NCBI GenBank assembly: GCA_040387495.1
Contig: JAZKDQ010000007.1
Coordinates: forward strand, 11,933-75,932
Reading direction: 5' to 3'
Length of the DNA: 64,000 nucleotides
DNA from: Pseudomonadota bacterium
GTDB taxonomy: Bacteria > Pseudomonadota > Alphaproteobacteria > Paracaedibacterales > CAIOTO01
Of the stretch, positions 20,867 to 29,720 are shown one piece after another. The notes below the pieces were generated by a model. It was not told the DNA's origin. It searched no databases and saw nothing but the letters and a program-made list of their open reading frames with translations. A program made the position numbers and the translations under genes. The first letter of the stretch is position 1, and each line of letters begins with the position of its first letter.

Positions 20867-20974
20867 TGTTTTGATTGCAATATAACTATAAACTAAATCT
20901 TCATTATCTCAATAAGCCATGGGCTATAACGCTTCATCTTCAAGCAGGGCATTATTAGCCCTACGTCAAGCGTA

Positions 20975-22252
20975 TTATTTACTATTTGGTGCTCTATGCA
21001 TAAAATCATCGCGAACTTCGGCAGCAGCTCTTTCTACTTTCATGGACGAATTATATCTTTCATGAAGTAATTCAACTACCTCAAAATGTTTATTAACGAT
21101 TGCAAAATCGATTGCTAACTTATTTGCACGTTCATACTCTTCCTCAGTAAGGTTAACCTTATTTTTTTCAACTAAGAACTCTATAATTTCGTGATATCCA
21201 TTAGCTGCAGCAAGATTCAGCAATGTTTCATTGGTACAAATTCGAACACCTCGCGACACATCATTTCCAAAAATAGAAGCATTGCAATCAAAACCAGGAG
21301 TTGTGGCTATTATATCTTTAAGCAAATTCAACTTATTTTCTTTAACAGCAACACCTGCATCTTCGTAAGGCATAGAAATCACTTTCAAATTGGGAAAAAG
21401 TTCCTTGAAAGGGATAAGGTCAGCATATGAAAGCCTTAAAGCATCTTTTAAATTCACGATTTTCAAGTCTGGATAATGCGTCGCTAGTTTGATAAGCACA
21501 TCTACGGTAATATTCATGCAATTTTCTATCGATAATTCCTTTATTTTGGGGAATTTTTTATAAAATAATTGGAAATTTTCACCAGTAAGGATTTGAGAGC
21601 TAATTTCAGCTTTAGTACGACTTATGTCGATTGTAGATACTAATTTTTCTCTAATCTGCATACTATTAAGTTTTTTAGTATTGCAAGGTAAAGAGCCTAT
21701 ACTGGAAGAGCCAACTGCGGTATGAATGTTAATCTCCTCTTTCGGGGCTAACCAATTGTTCAACATTGCAATAAATATATATTTAGGGAACTTTGCGACA
21801 CATGCAATGCTACCAGCTGCCATGCGAAGCTTTTTATTTTGCATATTTTCTTCCCGAATTCTTTTTAGATCTTCTGTTTGTTTTCGCAGTGCTTTCTCAG
21901 CTTTTTCTTGCTCTTCTATCCTTTTAAGTTCCTCTTGCTGCGCTTTCTCGAGGACTAATAATTCTTTAAGTCGAAGTGCTTCTTCATTCTCTTTTTCTTC
22001 AGTGTAATCTTCTTCATATATATAGTCAGATTCATATCCAGAGTCATATTCTTCTTGGTCCTGATTTTCCATATCAACCGAGTTGCCTGATTGAGAAAGA
22101 TTGTCATCTTCTTTTTCTTCGTATTGATCTCTCATTGAAACAGTAGAAATTAATTTAGAAGCCTCATCATAAAAATATGTCCCCCCCCCCTCTGCACAAA
22201 ACCCGTTTCCAGCAATAAAGGAAGTTGTTAAAAATAGTGCTAATTTTTTCAT
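20975..22252 (-). CDS. Secreted eukaryote-like repeat protein: acidic/coiled-coil region, RNI/FBXL-type leucine-rich repeats, C-terminal ankyrin repeats
   Basis: 425 aa. Signal peptide MKKLALFLTTSFIAGNGFCA. LRR-like KIKELSIENCMNITVDVLIKLATHYPDLKIVNLKDALRLSYADL. ANK-like TLLNLAAANGYHEIIEFLVEKN and AIDFAIVNKHFEVVELLHE. Confidence 0.7.
   Translation of the reverse strand: MKKLALFLTTSFIAGNGFCAEGGGTYFYDEASKLISTVSMRDQYEEKEDDNLSQSGNSVDMENQDQEEYDSGYESDYIYEEDYTEEKENEEALRLKELLVLEKAQQEELKRIEEQEKAEKALRKQTEDLKRIREENMQNKKLRMAAGSIACVAKFPKYIFIAMLNNWLAPKEEINIHTAVGSSSIGSLPCNTKKLNSMQIREKLVSTIDISRTKAEISSQILTGENFQLFYKKFPKIKELSIENCMNITVDVLIKLATHYPDLKIVNLKDALRLSYADLIPFKELFPNLKVISMPYEDAGVAVKENKLNLLKDIIATTPGFDCNASIFGNDVSRGVRICTNETLLNLAAANGYHEIIEFLVEKNKVNLTEEEYERANKLAIDFAIVNKHFEVVELLHERYNSSMKVERAAAEVRDDFMHRAPNSK
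22181..22190. repeat. C10 homopolymer (G10 on the coding strand) inside the 5' end of the 20975..22252 gene
   Basis: Ten consecutive C counted; the tract encodes the GGG run immediately after the signal peptide. Confidence 0.9.
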
Positions 22253-22407
22253 AACTATATTTTCCTAAAATGTATTAATTTTTTTTATACATATCATATA
22301 ACTATTAAACAATAAATTTTCAAGGGGTGAAATGAGAAAACATTTCAGTCGAATCATGTTGTACCCTTTTTCGATGATTTTACGTAAAAGAGTAATGCTC
22401 ATCTTTC

Positions 22408-22498
22408 GCTGTCATTGCGAGTCTGCCTAGCACATATGGCAATTCATCTATTAAAACAGCCCTAGATGGTCGCGACTTTTGCGATCTCGCCGTGACTG
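22408..22498. repeat. GC-rich palindromic intergenic element (family member A)
   Basis: Arms gctgtcattgcgagtctgcctagc ... ctagatggtcgcgacttttgcgatctcgccgtgactg. Imperfect inverted repeat, collinear with the element at 46255..46355. Confidence 0.55.
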
Positions 22499-22588
22499 TA
22501 GAGGTTCGTATAGACATTTATTCCCATCTAGAACATAATTTTCTTATGTTACCCGAACAATTGTCGTATTTTCTAAATAGGAGAAAAA

Positions 22589-23665
22589 ATGACATTACCT
22601 GCCTTTTGGAACTATCAAGACTATAAGGAAATTCCATTTTTATTAAAAATGCGTTCTGAATGGGGAAACGCCAAACCTCTCGCAGACGTTCGTATTTTAA
22701 ATAATACACCTCTTACGCTTGATACGTTATGCAAGGTAGATGTCCTTATACATGCCGGCGCTATTGTCACTTTGACACGCACCCAATCAATTCGCCCAAC
22801 TATTGAAGAAAAAACGTATCCGTATATCGCGGCGCTAGGCATTGAATACATACCAGAACACGATACCCTAAAAGGCAGGGATAATGAGTTTGATTTCATA
22901 TTAGATTGCAGCGCAGAAATTGCTCATATTGTAAAGCCGCGTCAAGGAATAATAGAACTCACGCAGTCAGGTACTCAGATTTATCGCAATATAACCACGC
23001 ACGTCCCCATTATTTCTGTTGATGATTCTAAACTCAAGAACTTAGAAACATTTTTAGGCACAGCTGAAGGTTTTCTACGGGCATTCAAATTCTTTTCTCC
23101 CTGCCCACTCACTGATGGTCCTATTGTTATTTTTGGATATGGCAAGGTTGGCAGTGGTGTTGCTTATTCTCTTCTTAAGGAAACGAAAGATATTACTGTT
23201 ATTGATACTTCACCAAAAGCACTTGAAATGGCAAAAGCAAAAGGTCTGAACGTATTATCATTTTTTGAAAAAGAAAAAGTGACGCAAGCAATATCGAGTG
23301 CACATACGATTATTACTGCCTCTGGTGTTAAGAACCTCATCTCAGACAGCTACCCAAGTTCTCTCTTTGCAGGAAAGATTCTAGCAAATGTTGGTGCAGA
23401 AGATGAATTTGGGCCAAGGTTTTCTGATGAGCAGGTGCTCGCCAACAAACAACCACTCAATTTTTCATTGCCAAACCCAACAAAAATGCGCTACCTGGAT
23501 CCTATTTTCTATGCGCATAACTTAGGGTGCCAAATTATCCTTGGTCAACAATTAGAACCTGGTTATCATCCCTTTCCATTGGGAATAGATTCTGAGATTT
23601 TAAAGACTTGGAAGAAATATTATCCAGCAGAAGATTTATCATTTTTAGATGAACAACCAGCTTAA
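22589..23665 (+). CDS. Short, divergent S-adenosylhomocysteine-hydrolase-like NAD-binding protein
   Basis: 358 aa. KPLADVRILNNTPLTLDTLCKVDVLIHAGA resembles the SahH N-terminal region. Also VDDSKLKN..E...GT.EGF and the Rossmann motif IVIFGYGKVGSGVAYSLL with ITASGVKNLI / ANVGAEDEF, collinear with SahH but ~70-110 aa shorter. Confidence 0.5.
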   Translation: MTLPAFWNYQDYKEIPFLLKMRSEWGNAKPLADVRILNNTPLTLDTLCKVDVLIHAGAIVTLTRTQSIRPTIEEKTYPYIAALGIEYIPEHDTLKGRDNEFDFILDCSAEIAHIVKPRQGIIELTQSGTQIYRNITTHVPIISVDDSKLKNLETFLGTAEGFLRAFKFFSPCPLTDGPIVIFGYGKVGSGVAYSLLKETKDITVIDTSPKALEMAKAKGLNVLSFFEKEKVTQAISSAHTIITASGVKNLISDSYPSSLFAGKILANVGAEDEFGPRFSDEQVLANKQPLNFSLPNPTKMRYLDPIFYAHNLGCQIILGQQLEPGYHPFPLGIDSEILKTWKKYYPAEDLSFLDEQPA

Positions 23666-23843
23666 GCATAATGGCTCTTATGCAAACTGAGTGGATAAAA
23701 GTGTCATCTTCGGATTCCTCCAACGTGTCATCGCCGGCAGCCAGGCAATTTTGCAATTGCGTAAAATGAAAAACCAAAATGCAGGGGTGTATTTCTGCAA
23801 GAAACTTGTTATGCTCAATAAAACACCAATCAGCGCTTGAGAT

Positions 23844-24896
23844 ATGTTCCAACGTCCCCGCAAAAAACAACATGCCATCGATATTTGGCCAGGATTTGTA
23901 GATGCACTTGCAACCGTGCTTATGGTTATTATTTTCGTTCTTATGACGTTTGTGATTGCACAGTTGTATTTAACCGACGCGCTTACAGATAAAGAAGAAA
24001 ATGTTAGTGTCCTCGAAAGAAAAGTGCATGAACTAACGAGTATTTTATCGACTGAACGTGAAAGCAAAGAAAACCTTTCAAAAAAGAAAGAACAGTTAGA
24101 TGAATTGTTGTCAGATCTAAATAAGCGACTTGCGAAACTTAATGAAGACCTTGATTCAAAGAAAGATGCACTTAAAGAAAAAGAAGTTTCGCATCGTTCC
24201 GTACTTGAAGAAATGGAATACCTGAAACGACAAATCGATCGACTCCTTAAATCAATTACTCTGTATGAAACAACAACAGAAGATAACGAAAATAAAATTC
24301 AAGATCTAACAAAAAAACTCAACCAAGCATTATTACAACGTGTGGAAGAGCTCAATCACCTCAATGATCAAATAAATAGCCTCAAGGAAAAGAATCAGTT
24401 GCTATCAAAAGATGCTGATGCAAACAAAAGTTTGACACGTATTGGTCAATATCGTTCTGAGTTCTTTGGTAAGCTACAAAAAGTGCTTGGTAATCGTAAT
24501 GACATTCGTGTTGTGGGTGATCGTTTTGTGTTTCAATCTGAAGTTTTGTTTGACAAAGCTTCAGCTGAATTGGGTGGTGAAGGACAAAAAGGACTTGATT
24601 TGCTCGTAACAGCACTTAAAGAAATTAGCGCAAGCATCCCGAAAGAATTACCATGGATACTACGAATTGATGGGCACACAGATCATCTGCCAATCCGAAG
24701 CCTTCAGTACCCATCAAATTGGGAACTATCATCAGCACGTGCAATTGCCGTCGTGAAGTACTTGATCAGCAAGGGCATTCCTGAAAGCCACTTGGTAGCG
24801 GCTGGATTTGGACAGCACCAGCCACTCAGTGATGGTAAAGATGAAAAAGAATTGGCTAAAAACCGACGGATTGAGTTCAAACTAGACCAGCGATAA
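23844..24896 (+). CDS. MotB-like protein: N-terminal MotB TM plug region, long coiled coil, C-terminal OmpA/MotB peptidoglycan-binding domain
   Basis: 350 aa. IWPGFVDALATVLMVIIFVLM; ~140-aa Glu/Lys/Leu-rich heptad region; C-terminal IDGHTD....SNWELSSARA..V..YL...G......AAGFG...P......E.AKNRRIEF. Confidence 0.8.
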   Translation: MFQRPRKKQHAIDIWPGFVDALATVLMVIIFVLMTFVIAQLYLTDALTDKEENVSVLERKVHELTSILSTERESKENLSKKKEQLDELLSDLNKRLAKLNEDLDSKKDALKEKEVSHRSVLEEMEYLKRQIDRLLKSITLYETTTEDNENKIQDLTKKLNQALLQRVEELNHLNDQINSLKEKNQLLSKDADANKSLTRIGQYRSEFFGKLQKVLGNRNDIRVVGDRFVFQSEVLFDKASAELGGEGQKGLDLLVTALKEISASIPKELPWILRIDGHTDHLPIRSLQYPSNWELSSARAIAVVKYLISKGIPESHLVAAGFGQHQPLSDGKDEKELAKNRRIEFKLDQR

Positions 24897-25109
24897 TAAG
24901 ATATGCCACCTATATCTCTCATTATACCTATTTCATTATATCGTCATGGCACCATGCCAGGCTGAAAAGCTTTTCGTTACAAAATAACGTAAAATAAGTA
25001 AAGAAATGAAGCTTCGCATTAAAACAGTACATTTCAAGATAATTTTGGTATATTTTTCACATTTCATTGTTAATACTAATATGAAGCATGACATGTTATA
25101 GGGCTTTAT

Positions 25110-25355
25110 GTGGTTAAATCTATTTACTTAATTGTTTTTACACTACTCGTACAAATTGCATTTTTAAATGCTATGGACGAAGGCACTGATCAGCCCTTAT
25201 CTATTCTTAACAGTGTTGTAAAAGAACATAAAGAACATAAAGAACATTATGAACCAAGAAAATTAATTACTGATAATAAAGATGAATTTGAAGTAGTAAG
25301 CCAGGATGCTTGTAATATTGTATATGCTCCCGGCCCGAAAGGCTTGATTAATTAG
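25110..25355 (+). CDS. Small hypothetical secreted protein (possibly the 5' part of a frameshifted gene)
   Basis: 81 aa, GTG start, signal-like IYLIVFTLLVQIAFLNA, KEHKEHKEH repeat. Confidence 0.35.
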   Translation: MVKSIYLIVFTLLVQIAFLNAMDEGTDQPLSILNSVVKEHKEHKEHYEPRKLITDNKDEFEVVSQDACNIVYAPGPKGLIN

Positions 25356-25423
25356 ACTTCTTTCGAAACTAGAAAAATCATATGAGTTTTGTTGGTCTCA
25401 AAAGTGTGAATAATTGAGTTTAG

Positions 25424-25812
25424 AAAGAAGTCTATTCAAACAGGATCAAATTCGGATTCATATCAACATTATATCAATACGTTACCAAAGAACCTGAAAA
25501 AGACGAGAATGAATCACAAATAAATGATTTAATTATAAATGTTGATAGGGTAATCCAAAAAATTGCGAGCAAGAACGAGATTCCTTATTTAAAAAAGAAA
25601 GTCTTTAATAAAGATATTGAGACACAAAGAATAATTGGCACTCTCGCATCTACCCTCCAACTAAAGAATGAATTATTGTTATTCAATTTAAAAAGAACCG
25701 ATAGTGACACATTAAATGATGTAGAAAAAAGAAAACGCTTTTTAGCAGAACGGATGCAAGAAGAATTTGTTTTAGAAGAATCTCCAACAGAACAAATCGC
25801 GATTATATCTTA
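25424..25812 (+). pseudogene. 129-codon open frame without a usable start codon; possible 3' part of a frameshifted gene
   Basis: My own translation from the stop at 25421-25423 gives KEVYSNRIKFGFISTLYQYVTKEPEKDENESQINDLIINVDRVIQKIASKNEIPYLKKK...SPTEQIAIIS*. There is no ATG/GTG/TTG until ~45 codons before the stop, and it is absent from the ORF track. Confidence 0.3.
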
Positions 25813-25842
25813 AAATCTAATGCTAAAACCATGTGAATCATA

Positions 25843-26490
25843 TCACCAGCACGGTTCCAATACCGAACATAAGCGCATTTTGTAAACTAAAGAAACAGGG
25901 AACCAAGGCGATAAATACCATCGTAATGCTTCACTTGCTTCTGGTGACCTGGGAAGAAAGCGCGCCGTTTTAATTCTTTCTTGTAGTAATTCAAATGCAG
26001 AGTTTAAACGTTCTACTGCTGGCATTGCGCAAGACGTATTTGAACATGGATAACGTGATAACCAATTGTAGCTATAATGAATAAAAATAGACCAAAATGA
26101 TTTCTCATCCAAAAATGGAATAAATTTATACATGAGTGTTGCGTAATATTTTGATTCATTCGCTTGGCTTATGATGCATAACCAAGTCTCAGTGCAATTA
26201 AAACCCGAATCGGAACTATTTTCTCTTAAAATAATAGGACGATGTTCTTTTGGAATTTCAGCAATTCTCTTCATGAGATAACTAAAATTAGGCAGGTCCA
26301 AACCCTTTCGATAATTCTTGATAATTCGAGCAGCGTACCAGCACACGGAATCTTTATCATCTAATGATACGGCTATCTCTTGTAATATTATGTTAAAATC
26401 ACTAATTTTGAGAAATTTACAAAGCGAGTGAACTTGTTTCAATCTTCCATTTAGCGCCCTGAAAATTTCTGTATGATAATCAATATGCAA
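25843..26490 (-). CDS. Hypothetical protein; downstream part of a 343-codon frame interrupted by one TGA
   Basis: 215 aa from a TTG start, in the same frame as 26518..26874. Confidence 0.45.
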   Translation of the reverse strand: MHIDYHTEIFRALNGRLKQVHSLCKFLKISDFNIILQEIAVSLDDKDSVCWYAARIIKNYRKGLDLPNFSYLMKRIAEIPKEHRPIILRENSSDSGFNCTETWLCIISQANESKYYATLMYKFIPFLDEKSFWSIFIHYSYNWLSRYPCSNTSCAMPAVERLNSAFELLQERIKTARFLPRSPEASEALRWYLSPWFPVSLVYKMRLCSVLEPCW

Positions 26491-26517
26491 ATCTGGTGGA
26501 ATTGCAAAGAAAACATC

Positions 26518-26874
26518 TCAAATTCCATTTAGAAAGTCGTAATATACCTTTTGCAAAGTAGTATCGATAAAATCAACATTGTCTTTAGACTCACATAAAG
26601 TCGCATAATCAAAATAACTGACATATGAATCAGAAAGTTTGCATACAGATTTAATTTCTGCATCCATGTTCTTTTTTTTAACTATAGCTAATTGCTGATT
26701 TTGCTTATAACGGTCACGTATTATTGTATGGCTCGTATCACGAATAGCAGCTAATTGATCTTCACATCCCCATACCAAACCTGTTTGGAAATAATCACTT
26801 GCCAGCAATCCTGCGGAAAAATAGATGGCGGTAGAAATATTGCCCATCGCAAGCCATAAGAATTTTAAAAGCAT
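26518..26874 (-). CDS. Hypothetical protein with hydrophobic N-terminus; upstream part of the interrupted frame
   Basis: 118 aa. Its TGA stop at 26518-26520 is followed in frame by 9 sense codons (DVFFAIPPD) and then the next ORF. Confidence 0.45.
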   Translation of the reverse strand: MLLKFLWLAMGNISTAIYFSAGLLASDYFQTGLVWGCEDQLAAIRDTSHTIIRDRYKQNQQLAIVKKKNMDAEIKSVCKLSDSYVSYFDYATLCESKDNVDFIDTTLQKVYYDFLNGI

Positions 26875-26934
26875 GCTGCTTTGTGATGTTGCACGTTACC
26901 TAACCTTACTGTACAAAGAAATTATGAATAAAAT

Positions 26935-27996
26935 ATGAAGGTGCTCTTGTTGATTTTAAAAACAAATAATCACATCCTCACACATCAACATGGGGTACTC
27001 GGCATTATTACGCTAAATCGCCCCGAAGCATTGAATGCAACCAGTTATGAAATGGTATTGGCCATCGATGCTGCACTAACGGTTTTTGCAGAAAATGATT
27101 CTATCAAGCATGTTGCAATCATGTCGAATTCTGATCGTGCATTTTGTGCGGGCGGTGATATTCGTATGGCCTATGCGATAATGAACGACGGTGAAGTGGA
27201 ATTGTGCGGAATGTATTTTAGGGCTGAATACCAGCTTGTGCATCGATTGGCGACATTTCTAAAACCAATTTATGCATTTATCAATGGTCTCTGTCTAGGC
27301 GGTGGCATGGGGATTTCAGCACACTGCACTGCGCGCATTGCAGGCGAGAATGCACTATTTGGCATGCCCGAAACAGCCATTGGATTTTTTCCTGATATTG
27401 GCGCAGCGTATCTTTACAATCAATTTGAAGATCCAGCTGAGGGCATCTATTTAGCGCTTACTGGACATAAATTCAACCGTGATCATGCTATACGTAACGG
27501 TATTGCAACACATGCTATTAATGAAGAGCAGTGGGATAACGTCACAGAACAGTTAGCTGCAGGAGCATCGCTAAATGAATGCGTCTTTGAAATAGCTAAG
27601 ATACAATCGATTTTTTTGCCAGAAGATATACATGCTTCCTTTTCGCATGAAACCTTTCCTGAAATCATTGCGTCTTTATCGTTAGATACATTGAATGAGC
27701 TTCGCACAAAATCCCCCCTTAGCATTGCTGTGGCATATGCTTACATGCAACGCGCGCATGGCCTATCTTTAGTAGAGGTATTGAAGCTAGACTTTGCGCT
27801 TGCCATGAACTTTGTTCGTCATGGTGAATTTAAGGAAGGTGTGCGGGCCTTACTGATTGATAAAGATAAAACACCAAAATGGCATTATCCATGGCCTAAT
27901 GATAAAACAATGCCGTTTATTCCTAACAATGTTGTAGATAGAATGTTTGATTATACAGTGACTACATTATTTCCCATAGAAAAGACATCCCAATGA
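26935..27996 (+). CDS. Enoyl-CoA hydratase/isomerase family, 3-hydroxyisobutyryl-CoA hydrolase-like
   Basis: 353 aa. ITLNRPEALNA, AFCAGGDIR, GLCLGGGMGIS, MPETAIGFFPDIGA; its length and C-terminal extension are typical of HIBCH-type members. Confidence 0.85.
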   Translation: MKVLLLILKTNNHILTHQHGVLGIITLNRPEALNATSYEMVLAIDAALTVFAENDSIKHVAIMSNSDRAFCAGGDIRMAYAIMNDGEVELCGMYFRAEYQLVHRLATFLKPIYAFINGLCLGGGMGISAHCTARIAGENALFGMPETAIGFFPDIGAAYLYNQFEDPAEGIYLALTGHKFNRDHAIRNGIATHAINEEQWDNVTEQLAAGASLNECVFEIAKIQSIFLPEDIHASFSHETFPEIIASLSLDTLNELRTKSPLSIAVAYAYMQRAHGLSLVEVLKLDFALAMNFVRHGEFKEGVRALLIDKDKTPKWHYPWPNDKTMPFIPNNVVDRMFDYTVTTLFPIEKTSQ

Positions 27997-28601
27997 CATA
28001 TTCTTCAAATAATAAATGGCATGGTCAAAAACTAATCATCGCCAGCCATAACAAAGGAAAAGTTGTGGAAATCGCTGATTTGCTCGCACCTTTAGGATTT
28101 ATCGTATCATCAGCGGCTGATTATGCCCTTGCTGAACCTGAAGAAACTGAAGACACATTTGAGGGAAATGCCCTTATCAAAGCACGTTTCGTTCATTCTC
28201 ACACAAAGCAAGCGGCATTAGCTGATGATTCAGGCTTGGTTATCCCGGCATTAGGTGGCGAGCCAGGTGTATATTCAGCACGCTGGGCTGAAAATGGTAA
28301 TTTCAAAATTGCCATGGCAAAAGTTCAATCGCGCTTACAGACAGACATGGATCATAGTGCTTATTTCGTATGCGCCTTGGCTTTTATAAACACTGATGGG
28401 ACCGAGTTTGTTTTTACGGGCACTTGCCATGGTCACATAGAATTTCCAGCAAAAGGCCTCACTGGCTTTGGGTATGACCCAATTTTTGTACCAAATGGAG
28501 AAACGCGCACCTTTGGAGAAATGCTTTATACGGATAAAAAGAAATATTCTCATCGAAGCCGCGCGTTTGAACAATTCCAACAATTTTTGTTAAAATCGTG
28601 A
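27993..28601 (+). CDS. rdgB: dITP/XTP pyrophosphatase (RdgB/HAM1 family)
   Basis: 202 aa. IASHNKGKV.E, EETEDTFEGNALIKA, ADDSGL.....GG.PG.YSAR, GFGYDPIF, SHR. Its ATG overlaps the upstream TGA (ATGA). Confidence 0.92.
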   Translation: MTYSSNNKWHGQKLIIASHNKGKVVEIADLLAPLGFIVSSAADYALAEPEETEDTFEGNALIKARFVHSHTKQAALADDSGLVIPALGGEPGVYSARWAENGNFKIAMAKVQSRLQTDMDHSAYFVCALAFINTDGTEFVFTGTCHGHIEFPAKGLTGFGYDPIFVPNGETRTFGEMLYTDKKKYSHRSRAFEQFQQFLLKS

Positions 28602-28628
28602 TTAATCATTCGTTTATGAGTAATTACC

Positions 28629-29660
28629 CTACTTCTTAAAATCACAACTTTTCTTGAAAGCCCCTGCCCATTCACAATCAGAAGCTGCGATGCATGATCC
28701 TTCGTTTGCAATGGCGACACAGTTGGTTCGGCAGAATTTGTTATGCAAAGTACAAGCGGCATTTTCGCCACATGTTGTAACTGTAAACATATTACAAGCT
28801 GTTTTATGCCCAGCCACCTCAGTCGATTTTTGAACTGTTCCTTTTGCATCATCTTTATTTTCACTTGTTACTATTTGAGCATCTGCCTGAGGAATTGAAG
28901 TTATTGATGCAGGAACGTTTAGATTTACCATTCTAGAGCTGACTTCATCCTTCACTTGCTTTTTAATCACTTCTTTCAATTCAGCCATCAGTTCTATTTT
29001 TATTGCTTCTTGTAAACCCGGAACATCTTTTTTAGGCTCCGCGGTTGGGACTACTGATTTATTCCCAAGATCAACTACTGGCTCTGTTGTTGGCGCAATT
29101 GCAGGCACAAGTGCTTTCTGTGATAAAGTTTCTTGCTTTACATCAGCTGGTAATGCTGGAGCTGCTGCTGGCATTGCAACTGACTCTGCTACTTTATTCA
29201 TTGTTGCTTTTTCTGCTGCTTTGGTTTCGTCCTTAGCAGTTACTTTTGCTGCTTCCTTTTCATTTTTTGTTAATTTTTTAGTTGATTCTACAGCAACAGG
29301 TTCTGCTGCAACAGGCTTAGGATCTGCTGCTACAACCGGCTTAGATTCTGCGGATACAACTGCTTTAGGGTCTGCTACTACAACTACTGCTTTAGGGTCT
29401 GCTTTAGGTTCAGCAGTTACAACTGCCTTAGGTTCTGCCACTGTAACTGCCTTAGGTTTTATTACTGCAACCTTTTTAGGATCTGCGGCCGTTTCCTTTA
29501 CAGGCCCAGCAGTTACATCTGGCTTACCACCTGTTGGCGTAGTCTCTGCAATCTTTGAATCAGCATTAACCGCGCTATTAAGCGTCAAAAGGCACATACT
29601 TACAAAAGCTATTTTTAAACCAATAAAGTATCGATTGATCGTTGACGTTTTTACTTTCAT
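28629..29660 (-). CDS. Hypothetical secreted protein with Pro/Lys/Ala/Val-rich repeats and a C-terminal Cys/Trp-rich module
   Basis: 343 aa with a signal peptide. Degenerate AEPKAV/ADPKAV repeats. C-terminal CNMFTVTTCGENAACTLHNKFCRTNCVAIANEGSCIAASDCEWAGAFKKSC. Confidence 0.75.
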   Translation of the reverse strand: MKVKTSTINRYFIGLKIAFVSMCLLTLNSAVNADSKIAETTPTGGKPDVTAGPVKETAADPKKVAVIKPKAVTVAEPKAVVTAEPKADPKAVVVVADPKAVVSAESKPVVAADPKPVAAEPVAVESTKKLTKNEKEAAKVTAKDETKAAEKATMNKVAESVAMPAAAPALPADVKQETLSQKALVPAIAPTTEPVVDLGNKSVVPTAEPKKDVPGLQEAIKIELMAELKEVIKKQVKDEVSSRMVNLNVPASITSIPQADAQIVTSENKDDAKGTVQKSTEVAGHKTACNMFTVTTCGENAACTLHNKFCRTNCVAIANEGSCIAASDCEWAGAFKKSCDFKK

Positions 29661-29720
29661 ATTGATGTATCCTTTAAATGCAACAAACTAATATCATTAA
29701 AAAAAATATACCATGCAATT

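Noticed and set aside
23678-24067. Minus-strand 129-aa ORF overlapping the start of the MotB-like gene
   Set aside because: It overlaps a well-supported CDS, is Ser/Thr/Cys-rich and has no motif. It is most likely spurious.
23844-24896. Zorya-like (ZorA/ZorB) defense system suggested by a MotB-like protein with a long coiled coil
   Set aside because: No MotA/ZorA-like partner and no ZorC/D/E-like genes are adjacent. In Zorya the long tail is on ZorA, not on the MotB-like subunit.
29045-29691. Plus-strand ORFs 29045..29236 and 29221..29691 (156 aa, Ala/Thr/Gly/Ser-rich)
   Set aside because: They are antisense shadows of the Pro/Lys/Ala/Val repeat gene on the minus strand. That gene has a proper signal peptide, a start context and the conserved C-terminal module; the plus-strand frames have none of these.
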